Below, in pieces: positions 63,989-64,000 of a stretch of 64,000 nucleotides of DNA. The notes under the pieces are model-generated. The model did not search any database, was not told the DNA's origin, and was given only the letters and a program-made list of their open reading frames with translations. The stretch is from the NCBI GenBank assembly GCA_022969815.1, contig GCA_022969815.1_4535.1. One strand, 5' to 3'. Source of the DNA: Escherichia coli. GTDB lineage: Bacteria > Pseudomonadota > Gammaproteobacteria > Enterobacterales > Enterobacteriaceae. Every line of letters starts with the position of its first letter. The stretch's first letter is position 1. A program made the translations under genes and the position numbers.

Positions 63989-64000
63989 ATTATAATAGCG

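Noticed and set aside
1-64000. Temperate-phage or mobile-element features (integrase, repressor/Cro switch, attachment site, transposase)
   Set aside because: No tyrosine or serine recombinase motifs or transposase-like ORFs were recognised; the gene content is typical of a virulent phage.

Overview
This window reads as a 64-kb stretch of a virulent tailed dsDNA phage genome with enterobacterial-style sigma70 promoters; it contains no rRNA, tRNA, CRISPR array, integrase or transposase that I can support. Layout: (1) 1-9.8 kb, a leftward array of about 35 small early genes, punctuated by about 22 near-identical modules consisting of a sigma70 promoter (-35 TTGACA, 16-17 nt spacer, -10) followed by a conserved GC-rich hairpin at the start of the 5' UTR; (2) 10.15-11.09 kb, a non-coding control region with a strong rightward promoter, an array of inverted repeats built on GAGAAT/ATTCTC half-sites, two 58-bp direct repeats, two extended -10 elements and a bidirectional terminator, which is a candidate origin and/or small-RNA locus; (3) 11.09-16.2 kb, a leftward operon with a NADAR-family protein, a P-loop ATPase, and small secreted and membrane proteins; (4) 16.3-48.1 kb, a long rightward block of tightly packed genes including an SF1 UvrD-like helicase, a HAD hydrolase, a phosphoribosyltransferase-like protein, a macro-domain protein, TerC, a SprT-like metalloprotease, a vWA protein, a TerD-like protein, a SleB-like cell-wall hydrolase, three glycosyltransferases, a T7 gp4-like primase-helicase, a family A DNA polymerase, a minimal nucleotidyltransferase, and an SSB-like protein whose C-terminus matches the E. 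coli SSB tip; (5) 48.1-64 kb, leftward tail and host-recognition genes (collagen-like fibre, beta-helix tailspike, baseplate-like proteins) separated by hairpin terminators. The most interesting candidates are the Ter-like stress-response and nucleotide-metabolite island together with the NADAR and macro-domain proteins, the host SSB C-terminal tip on two adjacent phage proteins, and the modular early promoter-hairpin array with its many unlisted micro-ORFs. All functional calls rest on motif recognition by eye, with no database search run, and all coordinates were placed by manual counting, so promoter and hairpin positions may be off by 1-2 nt.
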